In this document: positions 1 through 8,313 of the stretch, one piece after another
How the letters are laid out: each line of letters starts with the position of its first letter
Position numbering within the stretch: the first letter of the stretch is position 1
Translations under genes and position numbers: made by a program
Notes under the pieces: generated by a model
Told to the model about the DNA's origin: nothing
What the model saw: the letters and a program-made list of their open reading frames with translations, nothing else
Databases searched by the model: none
DNA from: a virus
Lineage: Duplodnaviria; Caudoviricetes
Strand: one strand, 5' to 3'
Length of the DNA stretch: 40,933 nt
Virus record (IMG/VR): IMGVR_UViG_3300011339_000715
Location: 1-40,933 of that record

Positions 1-332
1 AAATCATAGAACCCAGCCCTCCATGCAAACGACATTTCATCAGCTTTTCCAATTCGTTCAGCAGCATCACTTCCCTGCCATTTAAGAATAGTTAGTGCAA
101 CCACAGGCAAAAGAGTCGCAGAGTTTGTTGTAAAGAAGTGATTTAGTGGCATAGCTATAAGTGTGTTCCAGATACACTTATTTAGTTCTTGGCGAGACAC
201 TTGATCGTTGTCTGCGACATCATCAAATACTTGAGTCACCTGAAAGAACATTAGCAGCCATTCGACGGCAGAAGCAGGCAACTGAAAGTGTTCTTCCAGA
301 TTTTGCTTCAGTGATGTCAGACGCTCATCCAT
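1..332 (-). CDS. DDxxD-motif protein, partial copy (3' end cut by window edge) of 38670..39128
   Basis: ATG at 332 overlaps the TAA of the upstream gene; matches the N-terminal part of the 152 aa ORF. Confidence 0.85.
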   Translation of the reverse strand, partial: MDERLTSLKQNLEEHFQLPASAVEWLLMFFQVTQVFDDVADNDQVSRQELNKCIWNTLIAMPLNHFFTTNSATLLPVVALTILKWQGSDAAERIGKADEMSFAWRAGFYD

Positions 333-667
333 TAGGTAATCTCCCTCCCGGAGGCAGTAATGGTCAAAGACGTAGCAGCGCCGGCTAGAGTCGAGATGAA
401 CCCGCCTGGCTCAAGCACTTGGCCCACCAGTTCAGGACACTGGTAAGTCTCTGCCGGCACAATGGTCCGGGTCTTTAGGATGAGGTTAGAGTTACTAGCA
501 GATCCTCCAACAGGAATCAGGTTCGTGCTAAAGGTCACGTTGGTCGTGTTCGTGTTTGTCACCGTGAACTTGTCGATGATCGTCTTGCAGGCCACAGCGG
601 TGTACTGCGCAGTCTGAACCGCTTCAGCCTGTTTGGGAGGAATGATGTTTTTGACTGTAACGGCCAT
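332..667 (-). CDS. Small beta-rich virion/tail-associated protein (111 aa)
   Basis: Tightly coupled ORF in the tail module; only 2 aa differ from the second copy despite many nucleotide changes. Confidence 0.8.
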   Translation of the reverse strand: MAVTVKNIIPPKQAEAVQTAQYTAVACKTIIDKFTVTNTNTTNVTFSTNLIPVGGSASNSNLILKTRTIVPAETYQCPELVGQVLEPGGFISTLAGAATSLTITASGREIT

Positions 668-669
668 GG

Positions 670-1455
670 CTAGGAAATGTTATCGGTAACAGTGAGAATT
701 AATGAGGGAATGCTGGGAGCTGGCGGGACTGCTGCCGAAGCGTGGATTTCGCAATCAATATCATCAGTGGACCACATGAGTTCAAAATAATCTTCCAGTC
801 CAAGCTGGACCACATAGTTCCAAGCAGCAACAGATTCTCCATTGTTGCCCTGAATGCGAATCTTACCCGCCGAATCTGGCAAGTCAACTCCGTTGATCCT
901 TAGCCAAATATAAACAAGCCCAACTCCACCGCTTGTTTTTAACAACTGAGCAGAAAACTGAATGTTATAAACTCCCTCGGTGTCCACATACACGCGAGAT
1001 GTTGGCGTGCCAACTCGAACTCCAAAAGACAAGTCAGTGACATCAACAGTTATGCCGTACGCCGTGTTAATCACAGCAGCATTCTGTGTCACATTCGATT
1101 GGAACGCTCCGTACCGCTTGCGCTTGTTCTGCTCGAACACCGGGGGCAAGATTTGCTCTTGCACGGCCTGTGTCACTACTGGAGGAGCAATATCAAAGTC
1201 CTGACTTTCTGACGGCCTCACAGGAGCCAGCGCAAGCAGCTCAACTGCATCAGCCAACCTAGTGATAGCCGAGACTGCCTGCTGCGCCCTAGAATCCGCA
1301 TTCTGTGCGTTTATCGAGACCTCTTGGATCAGGGACGCATTCGAGTCTAGGCTAGACGGGATCAGGTCAAATAATTGCTCAAAAGCTCGAATCGCACGCT
1401 GCGAAGGCAGGAACTCAGCCAGTTCATTTCGAGTGATCTTGAAAGGGCCGGTCAT
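670..1455 (-). CDS. Putative tail needle-like protein (P22 gp26 position): N-terminal coiled coil plus C-terminal beta-sandwich knob
   Basis: Directly downstream of the gp10-like gene with ATGA overlap; helical N-half; G[VI]YNIQFSAQL beta-domain. Confidence 0.6.
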   Translation of the reverse strand: MTGPFKITRNELAEFLPSQRAIRAFEQLFDLIPSSLDSNASLIQEVSINAQNADSRAQQAVSAITRLADAVELLALAPVRPSESQDFDIAPPVVTQAVQEQILPPVFEQNKRKRYGAFQSNVTQNAAVINTAYGITVDVTDLSFGVRVGTPTSRVYVDTEGVYNIQFSAQLLKTSGGVGLVYIWLRINGVDLPDSAGKIRIQGNNGESVAAWNYVVQLGLEDYFELMWSTDDIDCEIHASAAVPPAPSIPSLILTVTDNIS

Positions 1456-2855
1456 ACAAAGAGCGGTTCAACTCTGGCCTCAAGTCTAGCAACAGAAAGC
1501 TGGGCGTCGCTTGTCCCACGGAACTTCTGCGCTCTCCACTGCCTCATGCGCCCCTGCTGTAGCCATGACAACCGCTTCCCACGCACGCCAGTCAGGCCAG
1601 CCTTGCACACACGCTCTTGGCTCCAGGTCAAGCCGTCCTCGGTGTACGAGGTCCAGATACTGGGATCCGCACCAAAGATTGAGTTGCCGGTCAAGGCAAT
1701 CAGTTCCATTTCGTGGAAGATCACTCCTCGGCTTTGGTTGTAAGTAATGATTGTCGCAAACTCCCAACCATTCAAGGCGCCCCAGTGCGAAGAGAGTGCG
1801 TCATCAAGGTAACCAAAAGCTGTGCTAGTAGGATCACCCACGTTCCAGCGGTTGTACGCCCATACCAGATTGCGAGCGCGATACTGGCCGTCTCCCACGA
1901 TGCTGGTAGCAAGAGTAAACCATACTGGACTTTGAGCTGCAGTGGTGGCAGCGGCATCAAAGACCAGCGTCTGATTTGGCAAGTGGATGTACAAGTGACG
2001 ATACCCCTTGTCTACGCGAGACTCGACAAGCACGTTGGTAAGCTCCTCTTCAGTAAACTCAGTAAGCAGCAGGTCAATCTCCCGGGTGGCAATGCGTTGC
2101 GCGTTACTGCCAGTGATTAGCCAGACTGAAGGAGCCTCATTACGGCCACCGCCAATGAACGCGATGCTTTCCATGAACACGCAGCAGGTGCGAGTGCCAA
2201 TGGTGCCACGCTGCACCTGAGCGCCTTCCACTCGCTGAAACGGGAACAGCGAGCCTCCTACGTTGTCAAAGACTTCGATAGTGTGCCGATTGAGCGCATA
2301 GACTTCGTTGCGCACCTTTAGGAGGGCCACTACGGGGTCTGGATCAGCTTCAGACGACCCATACTTGAGCGGGTTGACAGAGAATGGGTCGTTAAGCTCA
2401 GTGACGACAAGGAACTCTCCGTCGGTCGTCATAAAGTAGCCATCAACCCAGACGAAATCTACGACCGTGCCTAGGTCAACATCAGTAATCTGTTGCAGCC
2501 CAGTGCTTGGACGATACAAGAACAGCCGGCCTCCTGATGCCACGCCGAGGTAGTCGAATGAGTAGTCGAACGTCACATTGCCAGTGCCACCAACATCCCC
2601 TATGACAGTCACTACGTTTGTACTAGAGATTGACACTAGTTTAGTGCCCATCACTCGGTACACGATTCCTTGCCACTCGATGCCTCCACGGTCAATGCCG
2701 GGGCCTGTGCCAAGGCCAATGATCCCGTCTGCCGGTCGAAAGTAACCGTCAGAGATGCCTGACTGAAGCATGACAGGCACCATGTTCCGTGGATATTCCA
2801 CACGGAAATCCCCAGCGGTGCTTGTGTAAATGCCGTTGAGGATGGGGACTTGCAT
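1452..2855 (-). CDS. Tail hub / DNA stabilization protein (P22 gp10-like)
   Basis: 467 aa; motifs VWVDGYF, SSEADPDPVV, IEVFDNVG, EDGLTWSQER typical of the family; synteny. Confidence 0.88.
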   Translation of the reverse strand: MQVPILNGIYTSTAGDFRVEYPRNMVPVMLQSGISDGYFRPADGIIGLGTGPGIDRGGIEWQGIVYRVMGTKLVSISSTNVVTVIGDVGGTGNVTFDYSFDYLGVASGGRLFLYRPSTGLQQITDVDLGTVVDFVWVDGYFMTTDGEFLVVTELNDPFSVNPLKYGSSEADPDPVVALLKVRNEVYALNRHTIEVFDNVGGSLFPFQRVEGAQVQRGTIGTRTCCVFMESIAFIGGGRNEAPSVWLITGSNAQRIATREIDLLLTEFTEEELTNVLVESRVDKGYRHLYIHLPNQTLVFDAAATTAAQSPVWFTLATSIVGDGQYRARNLVWAYNRWNVGDPTSTAFGYLDDALSSHWGALNGWEFATIITYNQSRGVIFHEMELIALTGNSIFGADPSIWTSYTEDGLTWSQERVCKAGLTGVRGKRLSWLQQGRMRQWRAQKFRGTSDAQLSVARLEARVEPLFV

Positions 2856-3001
2856 TACTTCTTCTTGGCGGTCTTGGCTGATGCCTTAAAGGCGGCGGCA
2901 GTAGGCGCACCCTTGGCGCCGGGCTTGCGCATCTTTTCCTTTGAGCCAGCTTCGATGCGTTCGCGTTTGGCGTTAATGTTTGCGTATAGTCCTTTTTTCA
3001 T
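2855..3001 (-). CDS. Small Lys/Ala-rich basic protein (48 aa, MKKGLYANINAKRERI...AKTAKKK); not in ORF track
   Basis: Hand-translated; ATGA overlap with the upstream gene and TAATG overlap with gp10. Confidence 0.85.
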   Translation of the reverse strand: MKKGLYANINAKRERIEAGSKEKMRKPGAKGAPTAAAFKASAKTAKKK

Positions 3002-3270
3002 TTGCAGTTCCAGCGTTTGAGTGATGCAGCTTTACGAGTTGGGCGTCCCTTCTCGTCTTTCATGGGACCAGGCATTCCGCTCATGCGAGCACAGAACGAC
3101 TTCTTGCGGCCCTCGTCTGCCTTGGTTTTTGGGTTTGGCGCGGGCGCCTTCAGGTTGCTGCCAGTAGCAGCATTGTATTTGGCTCGTCCCTTGGCAGTCA
3201 GCCCGGCACCTTTAGACACCGGCAGCTTCTCGCCTTTGGATACAGAGAGGTTTACCTGTTTCTTGCTCAT
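2998..3270 (-). CDS. Small highly basic phage protein (90 aa; GLTAKGRAKYN, SFCARM, LKRWNC)
   Basis: Coupled on both sides; motif type recurrent in aquatic phage structural regions. Confidence 0.8.
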   Translation of the reverse strand: MSKKQVNLSVSKGEKLPVSKGAGLTAKGRAKYNAATGSNLKAPAPNPKTKADEGRKKSFCARMSGMPGPMKDEKGRPTRKAASLKRWNCK

Positions 3271-3683
3271 TGTGGGTGAACTTGTTGTTCGAGTGCTGAA
3301 ATACGTTGGGCGAGAGCGTCAAGCTGGGCAGATAGCCCTGTGACCTGTCCTACGCCGTGAGTGTGCGCGACAGCAGCAAAGTCTGCCACGTTTGAAGTGA
3401 TGATGTCGCCACAGCCCACTAAATCAAGAGGAGTGTGCTGGTGGTCGATGATGGCAGCTCCAATAGCTGCCGGGGTGATCGCATCAGGCTGGCCGGCGGC
3501 ATGAGTGCCTGCGTGCGGCGCAGCGATGGCGAGAATCTTGCGAACAAGACCAGTTTTGAGCTTGGTCCAGAGAGAACCAGTGGAGGCGTCGATAGCCAGT
3601 TCTCTGACTGCGACATCTGACGGACTTGGGGTTTGACCGTCGTTGACTTTGTTATTCAACAGAATAGTTGGCATGGCTTCCAT
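3267..3683 (-). CDS. Short fibre/adaptor protein with Mtd-N-like N-terminus and HxH repeats (start may be 3674)
   Basis: PSPSDVAVRELAIDASTGSLW; HAGTH, HQHT, HTH motifs; C-terminal coiled coil. Confidence 0.65.
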   Translation of the reverse strand: MEAMPTILLNNKVNDGQTPSPSDVAVRELAIDASTGSLWTKLKTGLVRKILAIAAPHAGTHAAGQPDAITPAAIGAAIIDHQHTPLDLVGCGDIITSNVADFAAVAHTHGVGQVTGLSAQLDALAQRISALEQQVHPQ

Positions 3684-3696
3684 TTAGCATTAACTC

Positions 3697-3733
3697 AAAA
3701 CAAATCAAGCCGCCGGATCGGACAACGGCTTGA
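3697..3733 (-). terminator. Probable intrinsic terminator after the 284 aa gene
   Basis: TCAAGCCG/CGGCTTGA stem followed on the - strand by TTTGTTTT. Confidence 0.55.
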
Positions 3734-3745
3734 AATGTGTGAGTG

Positions 3746-4600
3746 TTACTGAGGATTGGCAGCGTCGTAGGCCGCCTGCGCTTCTTCTTGTGTAGCGTAT
3801 TCCGTTGGATCATTCCCCCAAAACCATTTTCCGTTTTTGGATCCAGGATTAGTGTATTGAGAAATGAGTGAGTTATTTTGCAGCCATCCCGCAAATAGAC
3901 TTTCAATATATGCGTCGTAAGCAACCTGCGCCTCTTCCTGTGAAGCGTACTCAGTCGAGTTAGATGCCCATTGACCGTTCTTTGCTCCAGTCCCGCCATA
4001 CTGATTGACTCCCACATTTGCAGTGAGCCATGCGTTATATGCAGTAATTTCTGCATAATCTGCTTGTGACTGATTGTCATACGCAGTCGAGCCATATGCC
4101 CACTGCCCGTCATGCGGATTGCCAATTTCGACAAACTGATTCACGCCAACATTGGCTGTAAGCCAACTGATATAAGTACTTTCAAGAATCCATGCCGCAA
4201 GCGCAGCTTCAGCATCAGCAAGCGTTGCGTATGGATTGCCAACAAACGCATAAAGTCCATTATAGTAACCTCCAGCAGTGTATTGCTGAATGGTTGTACT
4301 ATTGTACATGAGGAACATGTTAAACGAGATCTGTCCTTCAGCCGGAGACAATTCAAAGTTTGGCGGTGTAATAGTTCCGTTTACAGTTCCGTTGTTTATG
4401 GACAAAATTCCAAACGTAGCGTCGCCCGTTACGATTGCGCCTGCTTTGTTTTCAGCATTGCCTTCAAACACAGCATTGCCAGTAACAGTCCCACTGTTTG
4501 CAGAGCCAGTCTGAAACGTCACATTCCCAGTGATAGTTCCAAAGTTTTCCGAACCGGCGCCAAACACAGCGTCGCAGGTCATTGATATAGATGGATTCAT
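3746..4600 (-). CDS. Repeat protein: N-terminal GTVTGNAVF beta-solenoid repeats plus four ~45 aa C-terminal repeats; probable virion/adhesion protein
   Basis: Repeats visible in translation; lies in the fibre gene block. Confidence 0.7.
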   Translation of the reverse strand: MNPSISMTCDAVFGAGSENFGTITGNVTFQTGSANSGTVTGNAVFEGNAENKAGAIVTGDATFGILSINNGTVNGTITPPNFELSPAEGQISFNMFLMYNSTTIQQYTAGGYYNGLYAFVGNPYATLADAEAALAAWILESTYISWLTANVGVNQFVEIGNPHDGQWAYGSTAYDNQSQADYAEITAYNAWLTANVGVNQYGGTGAKNGQWASNSTEYASQEEAQVAYDAYIESLFAGWLQNNSLISQYTNPGSKNGKWFWGNDPTEYATQEEAQAAYDAANPQ

Positions 4601-4603
4601 AGT

Positions 4604-4648
4604 AAAAAAAGAGCAAGGGGCAGCCAGTGTTTAACTGGCCGCCCCTGC
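4604..4648 (-). terminator. Intrinsic terminator after the 486 aa fibre gene
   Basis: GGGGCGGCCAGT-TAAAC-ACTGGCTGCCCC stem-loop then a T7 tract on the - strand. Confidence 0.75.
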
Positions 4649-4655
4649 GGTTGTG

Positions 4656-6116
4656 TTAGCGATTAAACGCCACGCCATTGAGCGTGACGACACCAGTTCC
4701 ACTAACAGAACAGGTGAGGTTAGCCGAAGGATCTGCAACAGAGGTCAGCGTCAGGTCATTAGACCCAATATCAATGCTCTGAGGCTGAGTCCAAGTGTCC
4801 AGATCGGCAGATCCAGAACTTAGCAGCGTTACGTCAGTAGTAGCCCCGGGAAGCTCTGTAGCTGCCTGTGTACGAGCGCTGTCACCGTACCAGTTAGCAA
4901 GAGTGCTCCAAGAGTTGCCTACGTTGGCGTAGAAATAGGCCCCGATCACGGGAGTGGTGTTGCCTCCACCACCCCCGCCATTAAAACCCGAGAACGTCCC
5001 CCCGTCCAAGGTGCTGTTCTCAGTGAGAATTACACCCGAGTCGGTAGGAACCGAACCAGCACCAATCAGGCCGCCGGTGATGGCGACGTTGTTTGCATTC
5101 TGCGTAGACATCGTGCCCAAGCCAGCAATCGTGCCTTCTGCGCTGGACAGACGAGAGTCGAGGTTCTGACCTTCGAGAGTCGTAACCCGGCCACTCACTC
5201 CGTCGATGCTGCTCTGAAGCGTGCTAGAAGCTGAACTAACAGCGGTGCTGACCTTGCTGTCCACTTCTGCGGACGAGTCAACTCCGAGGTTCGTGCGGGA
5301 CAAAGCGGCATCAGCGAGATCACTCAGGTTCGAGGAGATCTTCAGTGACGCATCAGCGCCAGCCTGTGCCGTTGCAGCAGCCGAAACGGCGCTGTCAGCG
5401 GTGGACTGGGCAGCGTCTGCATCAGCCTGCGCTGCGGCTGCGTCGAGGACGGCCTGATCGGCAGTGCTCTGTGCGGCTGCGGCTGCGGTGACTGCGCTGT
5501 CAGCAGTGCCCTGGGCGGCGTCAGCGGCGCTCTGGGCGGTCGTCAGACGGCTGTCAAGGTTCTGCCCTTCCAGCGTGTCAACGCGGGAGGACACGCCAGC
5601 GATGCTGGAGGCCAGTGCGGTTGCAACGTCTGAGCCAGCAGCCAGAGCGTCAGCAATTTCCTTCAGGGTGTCGAGCGTCGCAGGACTCCCATTGATGAGG
5701 GAGGCGATTGCCGCGTCCGTGTAAGCGTCGGAAGCAGTCTTGGAGGTGGAAACCTTGCCATCAACTTCTGCGCTGCTGTCAACGCCGAGGTTAGTGCGGG
5801 CAGTCGAAACACTCCCCAAATCACTCAGGTTGGACGCGCTTTTGAGCGAGGCGTCGGCACCGGACTGAGCGGCGGCGGCTGCCGTCGTCAGCGTGTCAAG
5901 AGCGTCCTGGAGGCCAGTGACATCAGAAATGACATGGGTGTGTACCGCACGAGCAAACGCGGCAGCACTCTCGAAGCTGAGAATCGTACCGTCATTCTTC
6001 TTGATGAACAGCTTGCCATCAGCAGTGTTCAGCGCAATCTGCCGCAAGGGCAGCTCTGCGGACGTTGGGATAACGCCGGCTGTGGCGCTATATTTAAGCA
6101 GGAACTGATTAGCCAT
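4656..6116 (-). CDS. Long coiled-coil fibre protein with Mtd-N-like N-terminus
   Basis: IPTSAELPLRQIALNTADGKLF; SPATLDTLKEIADAL; duplicated NLSDL..RTNLG blocks; Ala heptads; GLGTMSTQNANNVAITGG. Confidence 0.8.
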   Translation of the reverse strand: MANQFLLKYSATAGVIPTSAELPLRQIALNTADGKLFIKKNDGTILSFESAAAFARAVHTHVISDVTGLQDALDTLTTAAAAAQSGADASLKSASNLSDLGSVSTARTNLGVDSSAEVDGKVSTSKTASDAYTDAAIASLINGSPATLDTLKEIADALAAGSDVATALASSIAGVSSRVDTLEGQNLDSRLTTAQSAADAAQGTADSAVTAAAAAQSTADQAVLDAAAAQADADAAQSTADSAVSAAATAQAGADASLKISSNLSDLADAALSRTNLGVDSSAEVDSKVSTAVSSASSTLQSSIDGVSGRVTTLEGQNLDSRLSSAEGTIAGLGTMSTQNANNVAITGGLIGAGSVPTDSGVILTENSTLDGGTFSGFNGGGGGGNTTPVIGAYFYANVGNSWSTLANWYGDSARTQAATELPGATTDVTLLSSGSADLDTWTQPQSIDIGSNDLTLTSVADPSANLTCSVSGTGVVTLNGVAFNR

Positions 6117-6151
6117 ATTAGTTTTTGTTTACCGCAATTACCCGGGGAAAA

Positions 6152-6895
6152 TTACTTGGCGACCCATCCAGTGTTGGTCGCGGTGCCGGATTCTTTAACG
6201 TAAAGCGTAGTGTTTACCCCTCCGGCAAGGTTTAGGAAAAGGCTGCCAGGATTGGCTGTGACTACGCCTTCTGGAGAACCTGAACCAACGCTGATTGTAG
6301 CACTTAGTGTTGCGCCTACATTGTTGAGCTTGATGCCACCAGAATCAAGGTTCGTCGCCGCTGAAGCGTCTGCTGCAATCCCAATGCCAACTCGTCCGGC
6401 GGCATTGATTACAAAAGGAGTCGCATCAGGAGTCACTGAGTCTTCAACCTTTAAGCAGTCCCCTGTTCCAAGGTTCGTGATCCGAACAGCAGTGGCAGCA
6501 GAAGCAGGATTATTTAGGTCAACGCTGATGCCTGAACCTGTACCAGTTACTCCCTGGGTAACCCCCAAGGCTGAACTGGCAACATTTACTGAAATAGCTT
6601 GAATTGCCGAAAACGAATTCTGGGCAACTGTAGACGCAGTAGGATAAGTGGCGCCGTTATTGCCTCTCCATGTTAAAACATTGGTGTTTGACATCCACAT
6701 ATCCCCCCCAACTGGAGTTGGATTAGTGTTTGCACCAAGATTCAAGGGAGCATTTGTGCCAGAAGGCCCAAGCACGAGCTTGCCGGTCATCGTGTCTCCA
6801 GCCTTGGCAATCGTGCCTAGGTTCGTTCTTGCAACGGCATTGCTTGCCGAAGTCATAAACAAGTCGATGTCTGCGGAAACTGTGAGATTTGGCAT
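6152..6895 (-). CDS. Fibre/spike-like virion protein (247 aa)
   Basis: ARTNLG, KAGDTMTG, GRVGIG and C-terminal GSGSPEGVVTANPGSLF..LYVKESG..NTGWVAK motifs common in phage fibres. Confidence 0.75.
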   Translation of the reverse strand: MPNLTVSADIDLFMTSASNAVARTNLGTIAKAGDTMTGKLVLGPSGTNAPLNLGANTNPTPVGGDMWMSNTNVLTWRGNNGATYPTASTVAQNSFSAIQAISVNVASSALGVTQGVTGTGSGISVDLNNPASAATAVRITNLGTGDCLKVEDSVTPDATPFVINAAGRVGIGIAADASAATNLDSGGIKLNNVGATLSATISVGSGSPEGVVTANPGSLFLNLAGGVNTTLYVKESGTATNTGWVAK

Positions 6896-6897
6896 GG

Positions 6898-7050
6898 CTA
6901 GGGTCGGATGTAGATTGAGGTGCCGTCAGGGCGCCGAAACTGAGATGTCCCATCAGGACGAAGATAAGTGAACGCGACAGGAGGAGGTGGTGGTGTGCCT
7001 CCAACGGTTGCAGGAGTCTTAGACCGCCGTCTGGACAGGAAGCGCAGCAT
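6898..7050 (-). CDS. 50 aa peptide with polyproline and repeated RPDGTS motif; not in ORF track
   Basis: Hand-translated MLRFLSRRRSKTPATVGGTPPPPPVAFTYLRPDGTSQFRRPDGTSIYIRP; TAATG overlap upstream, fills the gap exactly. Confidence 0.75.
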   Translation of the reverse strand: MLRFLSRRRSKTPATVGGTPPPPPVAFTYLRPDGTSQFRRPDGTSIYIRP

Positions 7051-7349
7051 TACAGGCCGAGACCTTGAATGATGTGCAGCGAGCCGGCGCCACCAGGAGA
7101 GATGAACGAGACAGTGTCATCATCCTGATCCTTGCCGATAGTGATCTGTGAACCCACCAACACAGGATAGCCGGCAGTCGTAGCGGGCGCCCCAGTGACA
7201 GCATTCCCCACGCGCACATACACGATGGTGGAGCCTAGGTTAGTGAACACAATCGACTCCGAGGTGAGCCCAAGAGTGACAGAGGCAGAAGTGACATTCG
7301 GAGTAACAGTGACGCCGAGTCTGTAAGCAGGTTGAAAAGCAAGGCCCAT
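7050..7349 (-). CDS. Small beta-rich virion protein (99 aa)
   Basis: Coupled ORF in the structural operon, Thr/Val/Gly-rich. Confidence 0.7.
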   Translation of the reverse strand: MGLAFQPAYRLGVTVTPNVTSASVTLGLTSESIVFTNLGSTIVYVRVGNAVTGAPATTAGYPVLVGSQITIGKDQDDDTVSFISPGGAGSLHIIQGLGL

Positions 7350-7360
7350 AAATTTAACAG

Positions 7361-7828
7361 TTAGCCAACACGATACCAGTTCTTCAGAATTGGTTCAAAC
7401 TTCATCAAGAAGAAATCATTTGCAGCCAGTGACGCAGGTGCGCCAATCACGTTTGCGCCATTGCCCAGCACACTCAGTGTGCCCACCGATTGAGTGCAGT
7501 TTACGAGCACTTCCTGTCCTTCCTGAACATTGATGACTGCCGGCATCGTAATCGTGCCAGTGGCAAAGCCAGCAGTGGGCGTGATGATAAGCCACGCGCT
7601 AGCACTCTCAGAGGCCACAGCCACAGTCCAGCCAGTGGCAGAAGGGGCAAAGTATTGAATGGTCTTCTCACCCAAAATGCCGCCGCCACCACCAAACTCT
7701 TCAGTGGCGTTGATGATGTAATCGTAGACGGACTGGGCCAGAACCCGGTAGTCCTGACCATTGACATTGACGGCAAAGTTGGTCGATGCCGTGACCGTGT
7801 CGATTAGAGAAAGGCGTTCAATGGACAT
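7361..7828 (-). CDS. Virion structural protein (155 aa)
   Basis: Follows the gp4-like gene; GTITMPA..EGQEV..WYRVG beta-domain. Confidence 0.7.
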   Translation of the reverse strand: MSIERLSLIDTVTASTNFAVNVNGQDYRVLAQSVYDYIINATEEFGGGGGILGEKTIQYFAPSATGWTVAVASESASAWLIITPTAGFATGTITMPAVINVQEGQEVLVNCTQSVGTLSVLGNGANVIGAPASLAANDFFLMKFEPILKNWYRVG

Positions 7829-7829
7829 A

Positions 7830-8312
7830 CTATGAGTTCCTGAATTGGATTTGACCGTTGGGTTCCACCTGTACGGGGTCCAGATTTGGCGTGTCTACGA
7901 ATACACGTTCACTGCGCTTGTATCCAGCCCCAAGTGGCAGAGTTTCTACATATTGCATTTCGATGGGGAATGCTGCTTGCATTAAAAGCTGGTCGTAGGT
8001 GACCTTGGCATTTGCCTTGGTATCAGGTGATACTTGCTTCCCGTAAGCAGGCGCCAACCGAATAGCCAGATTGAGCACCAAAGCCTCGTTTGCCTGCATG
8101 GGCGTATCAACCTGCTGGTCGATATTGCTGTCTTGCGGGTTGAGAGGCAGCGGATAGCCAATACGGATGTTCTTGGTGTACCAAGAAGCCACCATCAGAT
8201 CAAGGCGCCGCAATGCGCTTTCAAGTTGATCTGCGGTCAGATCAAAGACGTACGAGGCAAGGCCAATCTCCTCAAATGCCTGCTCAATGATCTGCTTCTT
8301 GGTGTATCCCAT
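7830..8312 (-). CDS. Head-tail adaptor (P22 gp4-like)
   Basis: 160 aa; TKKQII..AF, ALRRLDLMVASW, NLAIRLAPAYG, LPLGAG match the P22 gp4 pattern; synteny. Confidence 0.85.
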   Translation of the reverse strand: MGYTKKQIIEQAFEEIGLASYVFDLTADQLESALRRLDLMVASWYTKNIRIGYPLPLNPQDSNIDQQVDTPMQANEALVLNLAIRLAPAYGKQVSPDTKANAKVTYDQLLMQAAFPIEMQYVETLPLGAGYKRSERVFVDTPNLDPVQVEPNGQIQFRNS

Positions 8313-8313
8313 A

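Larger units (their letters stand above)
1..2137 (+). repeat. Terminal direct repeat, copy 1 (imperfect)
   Basis: Colinear with 38797..40933 at constant offset 38796 (ORFs 332..667 vs 39128..39463; 670..1455 vs 39466..40251); many substitutions, no net indels. Confidence 0.97.

Noticed and set aside
3267-6116. Diversity-generating retroelement suggested by Mtd-N-like domains
   Set aside because: No reverse transcriptase ORF and no template/variable repeat pair with adenine-specific mismatches seen.
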